Shown here: positions 1-9,531 of the stretch, piece after piece
Position numbering within the stretch: the stretch's first letter is position 1
Layout: every line of letters begins with the position of its first letter
Source of the DNA: an uncultured Micavibrio sp.
GTDB taxonomy: Bacteria > Pseudomonadota > Alphaproteobacteria > Micavibrionales > UBA1664
Assembly: GCA_964531715.1 (NCBI GenBank)
Contig: CAZHEE010000006.1
Coordinates: 9,306 to 73,305, forward strand
Reading direction: 5' to 3'
Length of the DNA: 64,000 bases
Translations under genes and position numbers: made by a program
Notes under the pieces: generated by a model
Seen by the model: the letters and a program-made list of their open reading frames with translations, nothing else
Databases searched by the model: none
What the model was told of the DNA's origin: nothing

Positions 1-475
1 TGTCCCAGCGCACTTCGTTATAGCCGGTGAGCGGAAAATCTTTGCGGAGCGGATGCCCTTCAAACCCATAATCGGTCAGAATGCGGCGAAGGTCAGGATT
101 GCCTTCAAACAAAACACCGTAAAGGTCAAAAACTTCACGCTCGGCCCAACCAGCGGCATCAAACAGCTCAACAATGCTTTGCACCGGGGTCGCCTCATCC
201 GTCATTGTTTTCAAGCGAACACGTATATTATGTTTCATGGACAACATGTGATACACAACGTCAAAACGGTCGGGCATACGCGCAGGCCAATCAATAGCGG
301 TGATGTCAATCAATTGTTTAAACAAGCATTCAGGATCATCGCGCAAGATATGAACAGCATGATAAATATCCGCGCGTTTGACGGTCAAAACACATTCGCC
401 TTTGACGACTTCGCAAGATAAAACCGACTTTCCAAGTTGTTTTTGGATGTGTGTGGTGAGTTCATTTAGTGTCAT
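1..475 (-). CDS. nuoC: NADH-quinone oxidoreductase subunit C (3' end runs off the window)
   Basis: Not in the ORF track. Manual minus-strand translation from ATG at 475 gives MTLNELTTHIQ...WAEREVFDLYGVLFEGNPDLRRILTDYGFEGHPLRKDFPLTGYNEVRWD, the NuoC signature. Lies downstream of nuoA-nuoB. Confidence 0.95.
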   Translation of the reverse strand, partial: MTLNELTTHIQKQLGKSVLSCEVVKGECVLTVKRADIYHAVHILRDDPECLFKQLIDITAIDWPARMPDRFDVVYHMLSMKHNIRVRLKTMTDEATPVQSIVELFDAAGWAEREVFDLYGVLFEGNPDLRRILTDYGFEGHPLRKDFPLTGYNEVRWD

Positions 476-502
476 ATCTTTACCTTCAAATTTCTTTCAA
501 TA

Positions 503-604
503 CCCTCTCCCTGGGAGAGGGTTAGGGTGAGGGGATAATAAACCAACAATAAACCCCTCATCCGGCTTCTCTTCGCTCAGCCACCTTCTCCCAAGGGAGA
601 AGGG
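503..604. repeat. Bipartite palindromic intergenic repeat (CCCTCTCCC..GGGAGAGGGTTAGGGTGAGGGG / CCCCTCATCCGG..CCACCTTCTCCC..GGGAGAAGGG)
   Basis: Two hairpin units facing each other. The reverse complement closely matches the copy at 58067-58164. Confidence 0.85.
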
Positions 605-610
605 CTTATT

Positions 611-1189
611 TCACCGCATCATCCTCGTATCTTCACGGGCGATTTTCTTTTGAAGCTGGAGGATACCGTAAACAAGAGCCTCGGCCGTTGGCGGACAGCC
701 CGGCACATAAATATCAACAGGCACAATACGGTCACACCCACGCACAACAGAATATGAGTAATGATAATACCCTCCCCCATTTGCGCATGAGCCCATGGAT
801 ATCACCCAACGTGGTTCGGGCATTTGATCATACACACGGCGCAATGCAGGCGCCATTTTATTGGTCAATGTTCCCGCCACGATCATCACATCGGATTGCC
901 TTGGGCTTGGCCGCGGAATGACGCCGAAACGGTCAAGGTCATAGCGTGGCATATAGGCATGGATCATCTCAACCGCACAACAAGCCAAGCCAAATGTCAT
1001 CGGCCACATTGAGCCACCCCGCGCCCAGTCAAATAATTTATCGGCAGAGGTCAGGACATAGCCCTTGTCCTTCACCGTTTGTGCAACGTTATAAGCGGAT
1101 AAATCCATTGATTCAGAAGTCTGAATTTTAACATCAGAATTCTGAAGTGGAACCGCTGGTGCCTTTATGGTGATGCGTTCATGGGTCAT
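611..1189 (-). CDS. nuoB: NADH-quinone oxidoreductase subunit B
   Basis: Motifs [29 protein letters not shown] and [11 protein letters not shown]. Confidence 0.97.
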   Translation of the reverse strand: MTHERITIKAPAVPLQNSDVKIQTSESMDLSAYNVAQTVKDKGYVLTSADKLFDWARGGSMWPMTFGLACCAVEMIHAYMPRYDLDRFGVIPRPSPRQSDVMIVAGTLTNKMAPALRRVYDQMPEPRWVISMGSCANGGGYYHYSYSVVRGCDRIVPVDIYVPGCPPTAEALVYGILQLQKKIAREDTRMMR

Positions 1190-1197
1190 TGCAAAAT

Positions 1198-1262
1198 CCT
1201 GAACTCAGAAGCCTGAAGCCTGAATATATTCTGATTTCCGATTTCTGACTTTCTGATTTCCG
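1198..1262. repeat. Degenerate ~7-nt tandem repeats (GCCTGAA-like, then TTCTGAT/TTCCGAT-like) between nuoA and nuoB
   Basis: Sequence cctgaactcagaagcctgaagcctgaa-tata-ttctgatttccgatttctgactttctgatttccg. Confidence 0.55.
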
Positions 1263-1634
1263 TCATTCCCAATCCAAAGCCCCTTTTTTCCATTCATAGA
1301 TAAATCCGATTGTCAGGATACCGAGAAAAACCATCATTGACCAGAACCCGAATAAACCGATTTCACCAAGCGATATCGCCCATGGAAACAGGAATGCTAT
1401 CTCAAGGTCGAAAATGATAAAAAGAATAGCGACAAGATAAAACCGAACATCAAATTTATGCCGCGCATCCGTGAAGGCATCGAAACCACATTCATACGGG
1501 GTTAACTTTTCCCGATCAGGCCTTCTTATGCCTGACAACCACGCCCCGCCGATCATCGCGACAGAGATAAAAGCCGCAATCGCGATAAAAATCAGTATCG
1601 GAAAATAATCCTGCAAGAATTCGGTTGATTCCAT
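1263..1634 (-). CDS. nuoA: NADH-quinone oxidoreductase subunit A
   Basis: Motifs [24 protein letters not shown] and [11 protein letters not shown]. Confidence 0.97.
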   Translation of the reverse strand: MESTEFLQDYFPILIFIAIAAFISVAMIGGAWLSGIRRPDREKLTPYECGFDAFTDARHKFDVRFYLVAILFIIFDLEIAFLFPWAISLGEIGLFGFWSMMVFLGILTIGFIYEWKKGALDWE

Positions 1635-1715
1635 TATGCCAGTTTAAGCCGATTTCAAAATGATGGGAAGAAAAAATATCTGGACTATATTTAAATATTA
1701 TGTTAATTATAGCTT

Positions 1716-2387
1716 ATGGATATTGATGAGCTAGAAACTCTAGCACTTCGAGGGGATAAGGAAGCAATTCGCAAGCTCGCAGAATTGGCACGCCTAGCTG
1801 AACGCCACCCTGTTACAGGGCTATATAGCAAACATAAATTCAATAGTGAAAATGATTTAGAAGAAAAACGCCTGCAAAGAGACAAAACGCGTGGCGGCGT
1901 TATCATGAAAATTGATCTTGCCGGTTTCAAACGGATCAATGATACATATGGTTATGAAGAAGGCGGCAATCATGCACTTAAGGAATTTGCCAAACATCTT
2001 AAAGAATTTCCCTTTAGGGACACTGATATGTTCTTTCATACTGGCGGTGATGAATTTTACGTCATATTGCCTGATGCGACTTTAAAAGCTGAAGATGCGG
2101 GCATGAAGGACGCGTTTGGCAATGCGTCCGACCCAAAGGGCGCATGGAAACGCGTTGAAGATTTCATTCGCTCAAGCCGTGCTATTCTGATTGAAGGTGT
2201 TGATATGCACGGCAAATCATACAGTGACCATATCCATGCCCGTATCGCGGTGAGTGATTACGGTATAAGCAGCCCTAAAGGGCGTTCACTTGATAAAGCA
2301 CTCAATCATATTGCAAGACAGGAATCTGCACTTCAACAACTAACAAATCTCTATGTTCCTTCAGGGCGTCAATCCTTCACCGCCTAA
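1716..2387 (+). CDS. Stand-alone GGDEF-domain protein (diguanylate cyclase-like)
   Basis: Motifs HPVTGLY, IDLAGFKRINDTYG and RDTD-x5-GGDEF. No sensor domain. Confidence 0.85.
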   Translation: MDIDELETLALRGDKEAIRKLAELARLAERHPVTGLYSKHKFNSENDLEEKRLQRDKTRGGVIMKIDLAGFKRINDTYGYEEGGNHALKEFAKHLKEFPFRDTDMFFHTGGDEFYVILPDATLKAEDAGMKDAFGNASDPKGAWKRVEDFIRSSRAILIEGVDMHGKSYSDHIHARIAVSDYGISSPKGRSLDKALNHIARQESALQQLTNLYVPSGRQSFTA

Positions 2388-2423
2388 GAAAATCTTAAGA
2401 CTTTTTATGCTACAGTCATATTT

Positions 2424-3014
2424 ATGGATGAGCGTAGAAGAAAAAATAAGAAAAAGGCCAATCCGGTTATAGCGGTTCATAAAGACAGAGCCGACTTGAT
2501 ACAAGAGCTTGCCAAAACGCGGCGAGAGCTGAGGCGCATGACGTTATTGGCTCAACATGATCAGCTGACTGGCGTTTTTAACCGTGCCGGTCTTGATGAA
2601 GCCTTTCACAAAACAATCGACCTTAACCGCGGCCTTGTTCTTTTGTTCGACCTGAATGAATTTAAAGCCATCAACGATACACATGGGCATGCGGCGGGGG
2701 ATGCCGCGCTTAAGCTCGTTGCCAAGACCTTACTGGATAATTTTCGTGATGATACGGATATCGTTGCGCGACACGGAGGCGATGAGTTCCTTGTGGTTCT
2801 ACCGGGTGCGAAAAGAGATGAAATGAGCGATCGATTAAATAAAATCGAAGATATCTTAAGCACGCTCACACTTTTATATAATGATAGTGATATTAAGGTG
2901 AAATCATCAATCGGTATTAGCTTCTATGAAAACAGCGAGGTTGAAGACCTCCATAAAGCCATCGAACGTGCAGATAAAGACATGTATAAAAATAAACAAA
3001 AAACAAAAAAATAA
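2424..3014 (+). CDS. GGDEF diguanylate cyclase with short N-terminal coiled coil
   Basis: Motifs HDQLTGVFNR, DLNEFKAINDTHGHAAGD, ARHGGDEF, SIG and ADKDMY. Confidence 0.92.
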   Translation: MDERRRKNKKKANPVIAVHKDRADLIQELAKTRRELRRMTLLAQHDQLTGVFNRAGLDEAFHKTIDLNRGLVLLFDLNEFKAINDTHGHAAGDAALKLVAKTLLDNFRDDTDIVARHGGDEFLVVLPGAKRDEMSDRLNKIEDILSTLTLLYNDSDIKVKSSIGISFYENSEVEDLHKAIERADKDMYKNKQKTKK

Positions 3015-3100
3015 TTGATATCTACAGCACAATAAATTCGGTTCTTAAACCGATATGCCTCTAGCAAAATACTAGTGAAGACATAAACAAAGATTAATAT

Positions 3101-4758
3101 TTACCCCAAATAGCGGCGTTTGATATGTTTCACAAGCGCGTGGTGAGACAGCTCATCGCCCGTTACTTCACTAATCAATTCATTGACGGGAAGCAACCGC
3201 CCCTTTCGATAGATTTTATGGTTGAGCCAGATATGAATATCCCCAAATTTCCCTGGCTGATCATCGAAGGCAGCGAAGGCATATCACGCAGCATTGTTTC
3301 ATAAAGCTGTGCCGCCAGCATATGCCCAAGGGCATAGGATGGGAAATAGCCGAACTTCCCGACAAACCAATGCACATCCTGCAAACAGCCCTCGGCATTA
3401 TTTTTCGGCTTCATCCCGAATAAGTCTTTGGAATATTGCGCCCATGCATCAGGTAAATCAGAGACTTTAAGGTCGCCGCTAATCAGTTTTCTCTCCAGCT
3501 GAGTTCGCATATAAATATGGAGAAAATACGTGACCTCGTCCGCCGATTTACGATCAATCGTTTTCCCCACGCTTGTTTTGAGGGCATGTAAATTTCCGCT
3601 CTCTAGGGCTTTATCGCCAAAGCGTTGAAACACACCTTCAACACGCGGTGCAAGATAATCAAAAAATTCGGCCTTACGCCCGATAATCATTTCAATTAGG
3701 AGCGCTTGGCTCTCATGAATAACCGCGCCCAAATCCTGTCCCACAGGTTGATAGCGCCATTCTTGACGGGGCAATCCCTGAATATACAGCCCGTGCCCAC
3801 CTTCATGCAATGCGGACTTCATAGAATCCAAAAATGTTCCGATTTTTGCGGTTTTAATGACAAGCCTTGTGTCATCCGGTGTGCCGCCTTCGACCGGATT
3901 ATGCCCTGTTTCATACAGACCGCCACGCTCAAAATCAAAGCCAATCATCTTTAACAAGGCACGATTAAGCCAGTTTTGAGATTTTCCGCTGAAAATCCCT
4001 GTCATTTCTATTGGCTCGGGGCGATTATTTTGCGCGGCCACGATTTGAGGGTAAAGCCGGTCAATATCATGTTTGTAATCGGTGAAAAGTCTGTCTATCT
4101 GAGCCAAATCCGTGCCAGGCATATAATCCTGCATCAAGGCGACGTAGCGTTTCTCAGGCAAGTCAGGCATGTGGTCAGCGCGATAATCAGCAATCTTCTG
4201 ATGAAGCTCGACCATGCCTTCCAAAAAAGTTTGCGCCTGTGTCCAGTCATTATTCTTTAGCACATCACGATGGACATGCCGTCCTTCATAGGCCAACCGT
4301 GCTTTCTTCTCAATTAAGTCAGAGGGAATGCCTGCATGATGGCGGATGGAAGATTCAATTTCCCTCAAATTCGCCATGTTCCAGTTATCCCAGTCATCAG
4401 GGTTGCCCTTGGCATGCGCATATGATTTTTCCAGCAAACCAATCAGTCGTTCATGCGATAAATCCTCATGCATACGGCGATAAAGAAATGCAATTTGCCC
4501 TAAGCGCGAAACATACGCCCCTTCCGGCATGGCGGTCAGGAAATCTCGCCCCATTGTTTCAATCACCGCGCCAAAGCGCCCGATATCACGAAAAGCGAGC
4601 TTCAGCGCATTATAATCTGCGGAGGCATGCTGTTCATATTGTTTAGCCCTTATTTCAGCCTGTGACTTTACAGGTTTTGGCAAGTTGAGGGCTTTCTCAA
4701 TCTTGTCCTGAGGCGTTTTGAGCCAGCCGCTGGTTAATGATTTTAAATTTTCAAACAT
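3101..4758 (-). CDS. Carboxypeptidase M32 (Taq-like) with a -1 frameshift near the 3' end
   Basis: Motifs HEGGH, HESQ, ADEVTY and QDVHW..GYFPSYALG. The ORF-track frame ends at 3175, but the family-like C-terminus (IWLNHKIYRKGRLL..ELISEVTGDELS..YLG*) continues in the -1 frame to a stop at 3101-3103. Confidence 0.88.
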
Positions 4759-4928
4759 ATATTTTTTATCTTACATGATTTGATGCTGATAGCTATGAGA
4801 CTTATTTGAGTAGCTTTATTATTTGTTACACAAATGAAACAAAGTTTTTCAAGATTGAAACGATACTGACCGATTATTGTTACAGATATTAATTATCTTC
4901 ATATTTACAACATAAGTTAATTATAGGA

Positions 4929-5150
4929 ATGAAAACCATGAAAAATCACATTGATGAAACAAACCCATTTATCCCATGTATCAACAATATCACATTGAAA
5001 AAATGGAGCCGTAGCAAAAGCCTTGTTATTGATTTGGACAGCGATAACGAAATCACTTTTGAGGAATTATGCCTCGGTCTGGGTGATGTGAAGGATGATA
5101 TTTCACAAAGGCTCGGCGATTTTGAAAATGTGGATGTTCGCCTCCACTAA
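4929..5150 (+). CDS. Small hypothetical protein with one EF-hand-like Ca2+-binding loop
   Basis: DLDSDNEITFEEL (residues 35-47) fits the EF-hand loop pattern. AGGA lies upstream of the in-frame ATGs. Confidence 0.6.
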   Translation: MKTMKNHIDETNPFIPCINNITLKKWSRSKSLVIDLDSDNEITFEELCLGLGDVKDDISQRLGDFENVDVRLH

Positions 5151-5192
5151 ATTGATTTGCCAAATGCCATGCGACTGATTTAATATCTCTTT

Positions 5193-5930
5193 ATGGTTAA
5201 AAATTCAGGGGCATCTTTGGCGAAAGCATCCGATTCAACGGATGAATATTCGGCGCATAATAACTCGCTTGGCGCTGGCGGTGTTAAGGAAAAGGGCATT
5301 GCCGATACGCAAGATATGCTCAATAAAAAGGGCGAGAGCGAGATTATCAGCCCGCCTGAAAGCGGCTTTAAAAATTTTCACATCGGCCTAAGTTGGAATA
5401 ATATTATTTTGGAAAAAGCTGGCGGCCTATCAGGTCTTCTTAAGAAAGCAACTAAACAAGGGGTTGACCTCGATTTAGGATGCTTTTTCGAATTGAAAGA
5501 CGGCACGCGTGGGATTTTACAACCTTTCGGGAAATTGCACGGCAATTTAAATCGTGTGCCCTATATCGAATTATCCGAGGATGAACGGACAGGCGACAAA
5601 TCAGGCGATGATGAATATCTCAAAATTAATGGCTATAAATGGCCTCAAATCGAAAAAATACTTATCTATACATATATTTATCAGGGCGGCACGGATTGGT
5701 CCCAAATCAAACCTGAACTCACAATCAATCTTAATATGGATGAAATGGAGCCAATAAAAATTGCGCCTGCCCTTAAAACCAAAAAGATGGTCGTGTGCGC
5801 GCTTGCGACATTAACAAATGTGAAAGATGGCGTGCGAGTTACAACCCATGGTGAGTATTTTACGTCACAAGCCTCCATGGATCGCGCATTCGGGCTAGGG
5901 CTTAAATGGGAAGATGGCGCAAAGGATTAA
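5193..5930 (+). CDS. TerD-fold stress protein (TerA C-terminal-like)
   Basis: Motifs IGLSWN, GVDLDLGCFFELKDG, EDERTGDKSGDDE, IYTYIYQG and MDRAFGLGLKW..GAK. Confidence 0.8.
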   Translation: MVKNSGASLAKASDSTDEYSAHNNSLGAGGVKEKGIADTQDMLNKKGESEIISPPESGFKNFHIGLSWNNIILEKAGGLSGLLKKATKQGVDLDLGCFFELKDGTRGILQPFGKLHGNLNRVPYIELSEDERTGDKSGDDEYLKINGYKWPQIEKILIYTYIYQGGTDWSQIKPELTINLNMDEMEPIKIAPALKTKKMVVCALATLTNVKDGVRVTTHGEYFTSQASMDRAFGLGLKWEDGAKD

Positions 5931-5976
5931 AGAACGAGGCTTGTAGTCTCCGACCATCATCTCTATATAAGATAGC

Positions 5977-6987
5977 ATGGATTTTCTTTCACAAACTGAT
6001 GTTATTATTCTTGCGCTTGGAACACTTATCCTAGGCATGGCAATCCTTGTTAAAGGGGGGGATTTAACCGTTGATGGCGCGGTGCAGGTTGCACGGCATT
6101 ATGGCATGCCGCCTTTATTGGTCGGTTTTACAATTGTCGCCTTCGGAACATCTTTGCCTGAACTCATCGCCTCAATCAATGCGAATTTGAAGGGTGCAGC
6201 CGCGATTTCTGTCGGCGGTATGGTTGGCTCAAACATCTCTAATATTCTCTTTGTTGGGGGCGTTTGTGCGGCGATTTATCCGTTGAGGGCTAAACTGTCG
6301 GATCTTCGAAACGATTTCATTATGTTACTGATTGTGACTGTTGCATGGGCATACATGCTTTCAACCATGCAAATTACAGCAATTATTGGTTATGTATCAA
6401 TTTTCTTGCTTATCGCTTATGTCGCTGTTCAATATAAGCTTGCCGATAAAGGCATTCAAAATGCCGAGGCAATCACCAAGGTTGAACAAGATTTAGAAAA
6501 TAATGTCAAAAATATTAAACAAGCTTTCCTGTTTATTTTCCTAGGGCTTATCGGTTTGGCAATAGGGGCAGAGCTTCTTATCCGTGGGGCGGTTACCACT
6601 GCGCGAATTGTCGGTATTCAGGAAAGTGTGATTGGCTTGACTTTGGTCGCGCTTGGAACCTCTCTCCCTGAACTGACGACTTGCGCTATTGCTGCCATGA
6701 AAAAACAAGGCGAGATGATAATCGGAAATATTATCGGCTCAAATATCTTTAATCTTATGATGGTTTTGGGGGGTATCAGCCTTATCGGTAATTATTCGAT
6801 ATATCAAACTGAACCTGGTTTAATCAGCCAGGATATCCCCATCATGATTGGTGTCACGCTTGCTTTTATTATTGTCCTTGTTGCCTTTAAGTCCATTCCG
6901 CGGTGGGCAGGGGTTATTTTCACGCTTGGATATGTCGGATATATGTTACTCTTGATTCAGCAATCAATGGCAATTGCAGGAGTGTAA
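5977..6987 (+). CDS. Ca2+/Na+ antiporter (CaCA family, YrbG-like)
   Basis: Two alpha repeats, GTSLPE...GSNISN and GTSLPE...GSNIFN, with about 10 hydrophobic segments. Confidence 0.93.
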   Translation: MDFLSQTDVIILALGTLILGMAILVKGGDLTVDGAVQVARHYGMPPLLVGFTIVAFGTSLPELIASINANLKGAAAISVGGMVGSNISNILFVGGVCAAIYPLRAKLSDLRNDFIMLLIVTVAWAYMLSTMQITAIIGYVSIFLLIAYVAVQYKLADKGIQNAEAITKVEQDLENNVKNIKQAFLFIFLGLIGLAIGAELLIRGAVTTARIVGIQESVIGLTLVALGTSLPELTTCAIAAMKKQGEMIIGNIIGSNIFNLMMVLGGISLIGNYSIYQTEPGLISQDIPIMIGVTLAFIIVLVAFKSIPRWAGVIFTLGYVGYMLLLIQQSMAIAGV

Positions 6988-6990
6988 ACC

Positions 6991-7572
6991 ATGAGTGACG
7001 AGGCTCTCGACTACATCAATCTTAGCGAAAAAGACAGAACGGTTAAGGTCTTGCGCGTGGCCGCAGGATGGGATTTGAAAGAATTTGACGGTGAGAATAT
7101 CGATGTTGATCTCAGCTGTTTCCTGCTGGACAGCAAGGGTCAAACAAAAGCGGACAGCGATTTTGTGTTTTACAATAATTTAAAATCTGCCGATCTTGCC
7201 GTACGCCATTTGGGGGATAATCGTGATGGCTTTGGCGAGAAAGATGATGAGGCGATTATCGTTGATATTTCCGCCCTCTCATTTGAGGTTTATAAAATTG
7301 TCTTTGTCGCCTCAATTTATCTGGCGGATGAGCGGGAGCAGGATTTCACGCATGTTGATAATGCCTTTGTCCGTGTTGTGAATGACGCAACGGAAGAAGA
7401 GCTGGCGCGTGATGATATGGAAGATAAGTTCGAGGATACGACAGCCGTCAAATTTTGTGAGCTGGAACGTGTTGGTTCCGAATGGCATTTCCGACAAATT
7501 CATGAGCCGCTGCAGAAAGGTTTGAAACAGGCCGCCGAATTTTACGGCTGTATTATTTCAAGCATTGGATAG
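6991..7572 (+). CDS. TerD family protein
   Basis: Motifs GWD, DVDLSCFLL, DFVFYNN, HLGDNRDGFGEKDDE, IVFVASIY, NAFVRVVN and ELER..SEWHF. Confidence 0.92.
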   Translation: MSDEALDYINLSEKDRTVKVLRVAAGWDLKEFDGENIDVDLSCFLLDSKGQTKADSDFVFYNNLKSADLAVRHLGDNRDGFGEKDDEAIIVDISALSFEVYKIVFVASIYLADEREQDFTHVDNAFVRVVNDATEEELARDDMEDKFEDTTAVKFCELERVGSEWHFRQIHEPLQKGLKQAAEFYGCIISSIG

Positions 7573-7613
7573 TTTTCATATAGTTTGTTGACTCATATTC
7601 AGTTACCCACTAT

Positions 7614-7683
7614 CGTCACCCTGAACTTGTTTCAGGGTCTAGCCCTGATATTTGAATAGATCCTGCGATAAATTCAGGATGAT
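7614..7683. repeat. GTCA-tagged REP-like hairpin dimer
   Basis: cGTCACCCTGAA..TTCAGGGTCT-spacer-AGATCCTG..CAGGATGAT; same family as the GIY-YIG-flanking repeats. Confidence 0.75.
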
Positions 7684-7700
7684 AATAGAAAGCTTTAAAT

Positions 7701-8819
7701 ATGAAAAAAGTTATATTTGATACGGATGGCGGCGGCGACGATTTGTGGGCGATTGCCGTTCTGGCAGGTATGCTGAAACAAGGTGAGATTGACTTGAAAG
7801 CCATCACAACTTGTTTCGGTAATACAAATGCCGCGCAGGCCACACGCAATGTTTGCGATATGCTTGGTGTTCTCAATTTACCCGATATTCTGGTCTATCA
7901 AGGTTCAAACAGACCGTTAAGCGGCTTGCCGCCATTGCTGGATGGGGCTTATGGTTCAAATGGCTTAAGCAATGCGAGCCTGCCTCGCGCGGATATTGAG
8001 CCTCAAAATGAGGATGCGGTTACGGCGCTGACAAAGATTTTAAGTGATAATGAAGGGCAAATAACGATTCTCTGTACCGGTCCACTCACCAATATCGGGC
8101 AGGTGTTTCGCGATAATCCCGAATTTGACCGTGATACTGTTGAGATTGTCTGGCTCGGCGGTGCGCTTCACCCTTGTGGTGGCAACCATTTGCCTGCAAA
8201 AATGGAAAATGGCGAGCCACGCCAAGGCAACATCACGCAATATGCGGAATTTAACGCGATAAATGACCCTATTGCGGCGCAAATCATCGCCGACCTTAAG
8301 CATTCCAGCGTCACCATCATGCCGCTCGACGCAACACATCATATGGTTGTAGGTGTGACACAAGTGACAGAATTCTTACGTATGATGAAAGCAATCGGTC
8401 AATCAGAAATAGCAGTTGAAATAGCATCTATGCTGGATAATGCTGCGCAGCTTGATCAGGATAAATTTGATGCGCTTGGCGCGTTCATTCATGACCCGCA
8501 AACCGCACTTTATCTAACGCGGCCTGAGCTGTTTTTACCTGCGCGGTCACTGACAAATGTGACTTTCACAAACAACCACGAGGCGGCGCAGGCTTTTGAT
8601 GCAGTCGCTTGCGATTTTGACTTTTCAAGACTTGAAAGACATGGGCAAATGACTATGGCGGCTTACGGTGATGGAAATATTTGTTTAATCCCTGGCTTAA
8701 CAAGCTTTAGAAAGCCAGATGAAGTCAGGGCGGATGCTATCGCCGGCATGCAATGCATGGCCGAGGATAGGTTACAGGCAATTTATCAATACATTCTTAA
8801 CGCATTCGAGGTTGAATAG
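7701..8819 (+). CDS. Nucleoside hydrolase (IUNH family)
   Basis: N-terminal DTDGGGDD (DxDxxxDD) motif, plus TGPLTN, AEFN, PLDAT and HDP. Confidence 0.9.
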   Translation: MKKVIFDTDGGGDDLWAIAVLAGMLKQGEIDLKAITTCFGNTNAAQATRNVCDMLGVLNLPDILVYQGSNRPLSGLPPLLDGAYGSNGLSNASLPRADIEPQNEDAVTALTKILSDNEGQITILCTGPLTNIGQVFRDNPEFDRDTVEIVWLGGALHPCGGNHLPAKMENGEPRQGNITQYAEFNAINDPIAAQIIADLKHSSVTIMPLDATHHMVVGVTQVTEFLRMMKAIGQSEIAVEIASMLDNAAQLDQDKFDALGAFIHDPQTALYLTRPELFLPARSLTNVTFTNNHEAAQAFDAVACDFDFSRLERHGQMTMAAYGDGNICLIPGLTSFRKPDEVRADAIAGMQCMAEDRLQAIYQYILNAFEVE

Positions 8820-9453
8820 CGTTCCCAAAATCTGGCAATTTTAAATCTAATCCACTCGCTCTATTATAACCAACAAACAGAACTTTTTTGCCGTCTTCCT
8901 CGACCCAGTCACATTCATCTTCGGAAAAAATACGGCCTGTAACTTGTTCGAAATTAGGTAGCCCGTGTCGCTTTGCTTGTTCGGCTAAATATTCTATGCC
9001 CATTTCAGTTGTGCAGTTCGATAAAACAATAACTTTCTCTGGACTTGCATCAGCTAAAGCAGAAAAATGCTTTACAACCGAACCTCCCGTTGCAATTACA
9101 CCATCAGTGATAAAAACGACTTGTGGCTGAATAAGTTTCAACAAATCACCTAAAATATGTTTCTGATTCTTTTCTGTTTTTATACGGCTCTCAACATAAA
9201 TCATATCGCCTGTCTCATGGTCGGCCAAAGCGCTAAAAGTAGCTTTCGCTGTAGGAATGCCACCTCTGGGAATTGCAATAACGCCTGCCAGTTTTTCTTT
9301 GTAATACCCATATTGAGTACTTAAATACTGGCGGGCTAATATTTCAGAATGTCTGTAAACTGCTTTAGCAAATTGTATACCCATAGGAGTTTTTCCATTC
9401 GTAAGCATTTCAAAAGATGGGTCTGTAATTAGTTTTGAAGAAGTCGCTGACAT
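8797..9453 (-). CDS. Type I phosphoribosyltransferase, divergent uracil-PRTase-like
   Basis: IAIPRGG, PRPP loop VFITDGVIATGGS, and C-terminal LPDFGNAI (compare UPRTase GLGDxGDR). Likely start is ATG 9453, preceded by AAGGA; the ORF track extends to 9513. Confidence 0.75.
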   Translation of the reverse strand: MSATSSKLITDPSFEMLTNGKTPMGIQFAKAVYRHSEILARQYLSTQYGYYKEKLAGVIAIPRGGIPTAKATFSALADHETGDMIYVESRIKTEKNQKHILGDLLKLIQPQVVFITDGVIATGGSVVKHFSALADASPEKVIVLSNCTTEMGIEYLAEQAKRHGLPNFEQVTGRIFSEDECDWVEEDGKKVLFVGYNRASGLDLKLPDFGNAIQPRMR

Positions 9454-9531
9454 TGTGAATTCCTTATTTAAGTTGACGTATTGGTAAATATTGTCATATA
9501 CATTGTCAAGCAAATTTATTAAGGATATACA

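Noticed and set aside
53-421. 122-aa plus-strand ORF in the ORF track
   Set aside because: Antisense shadow of nuoC. The same applies to the many short ORFs overlapping well-supported genes on the opposite strand or frame.
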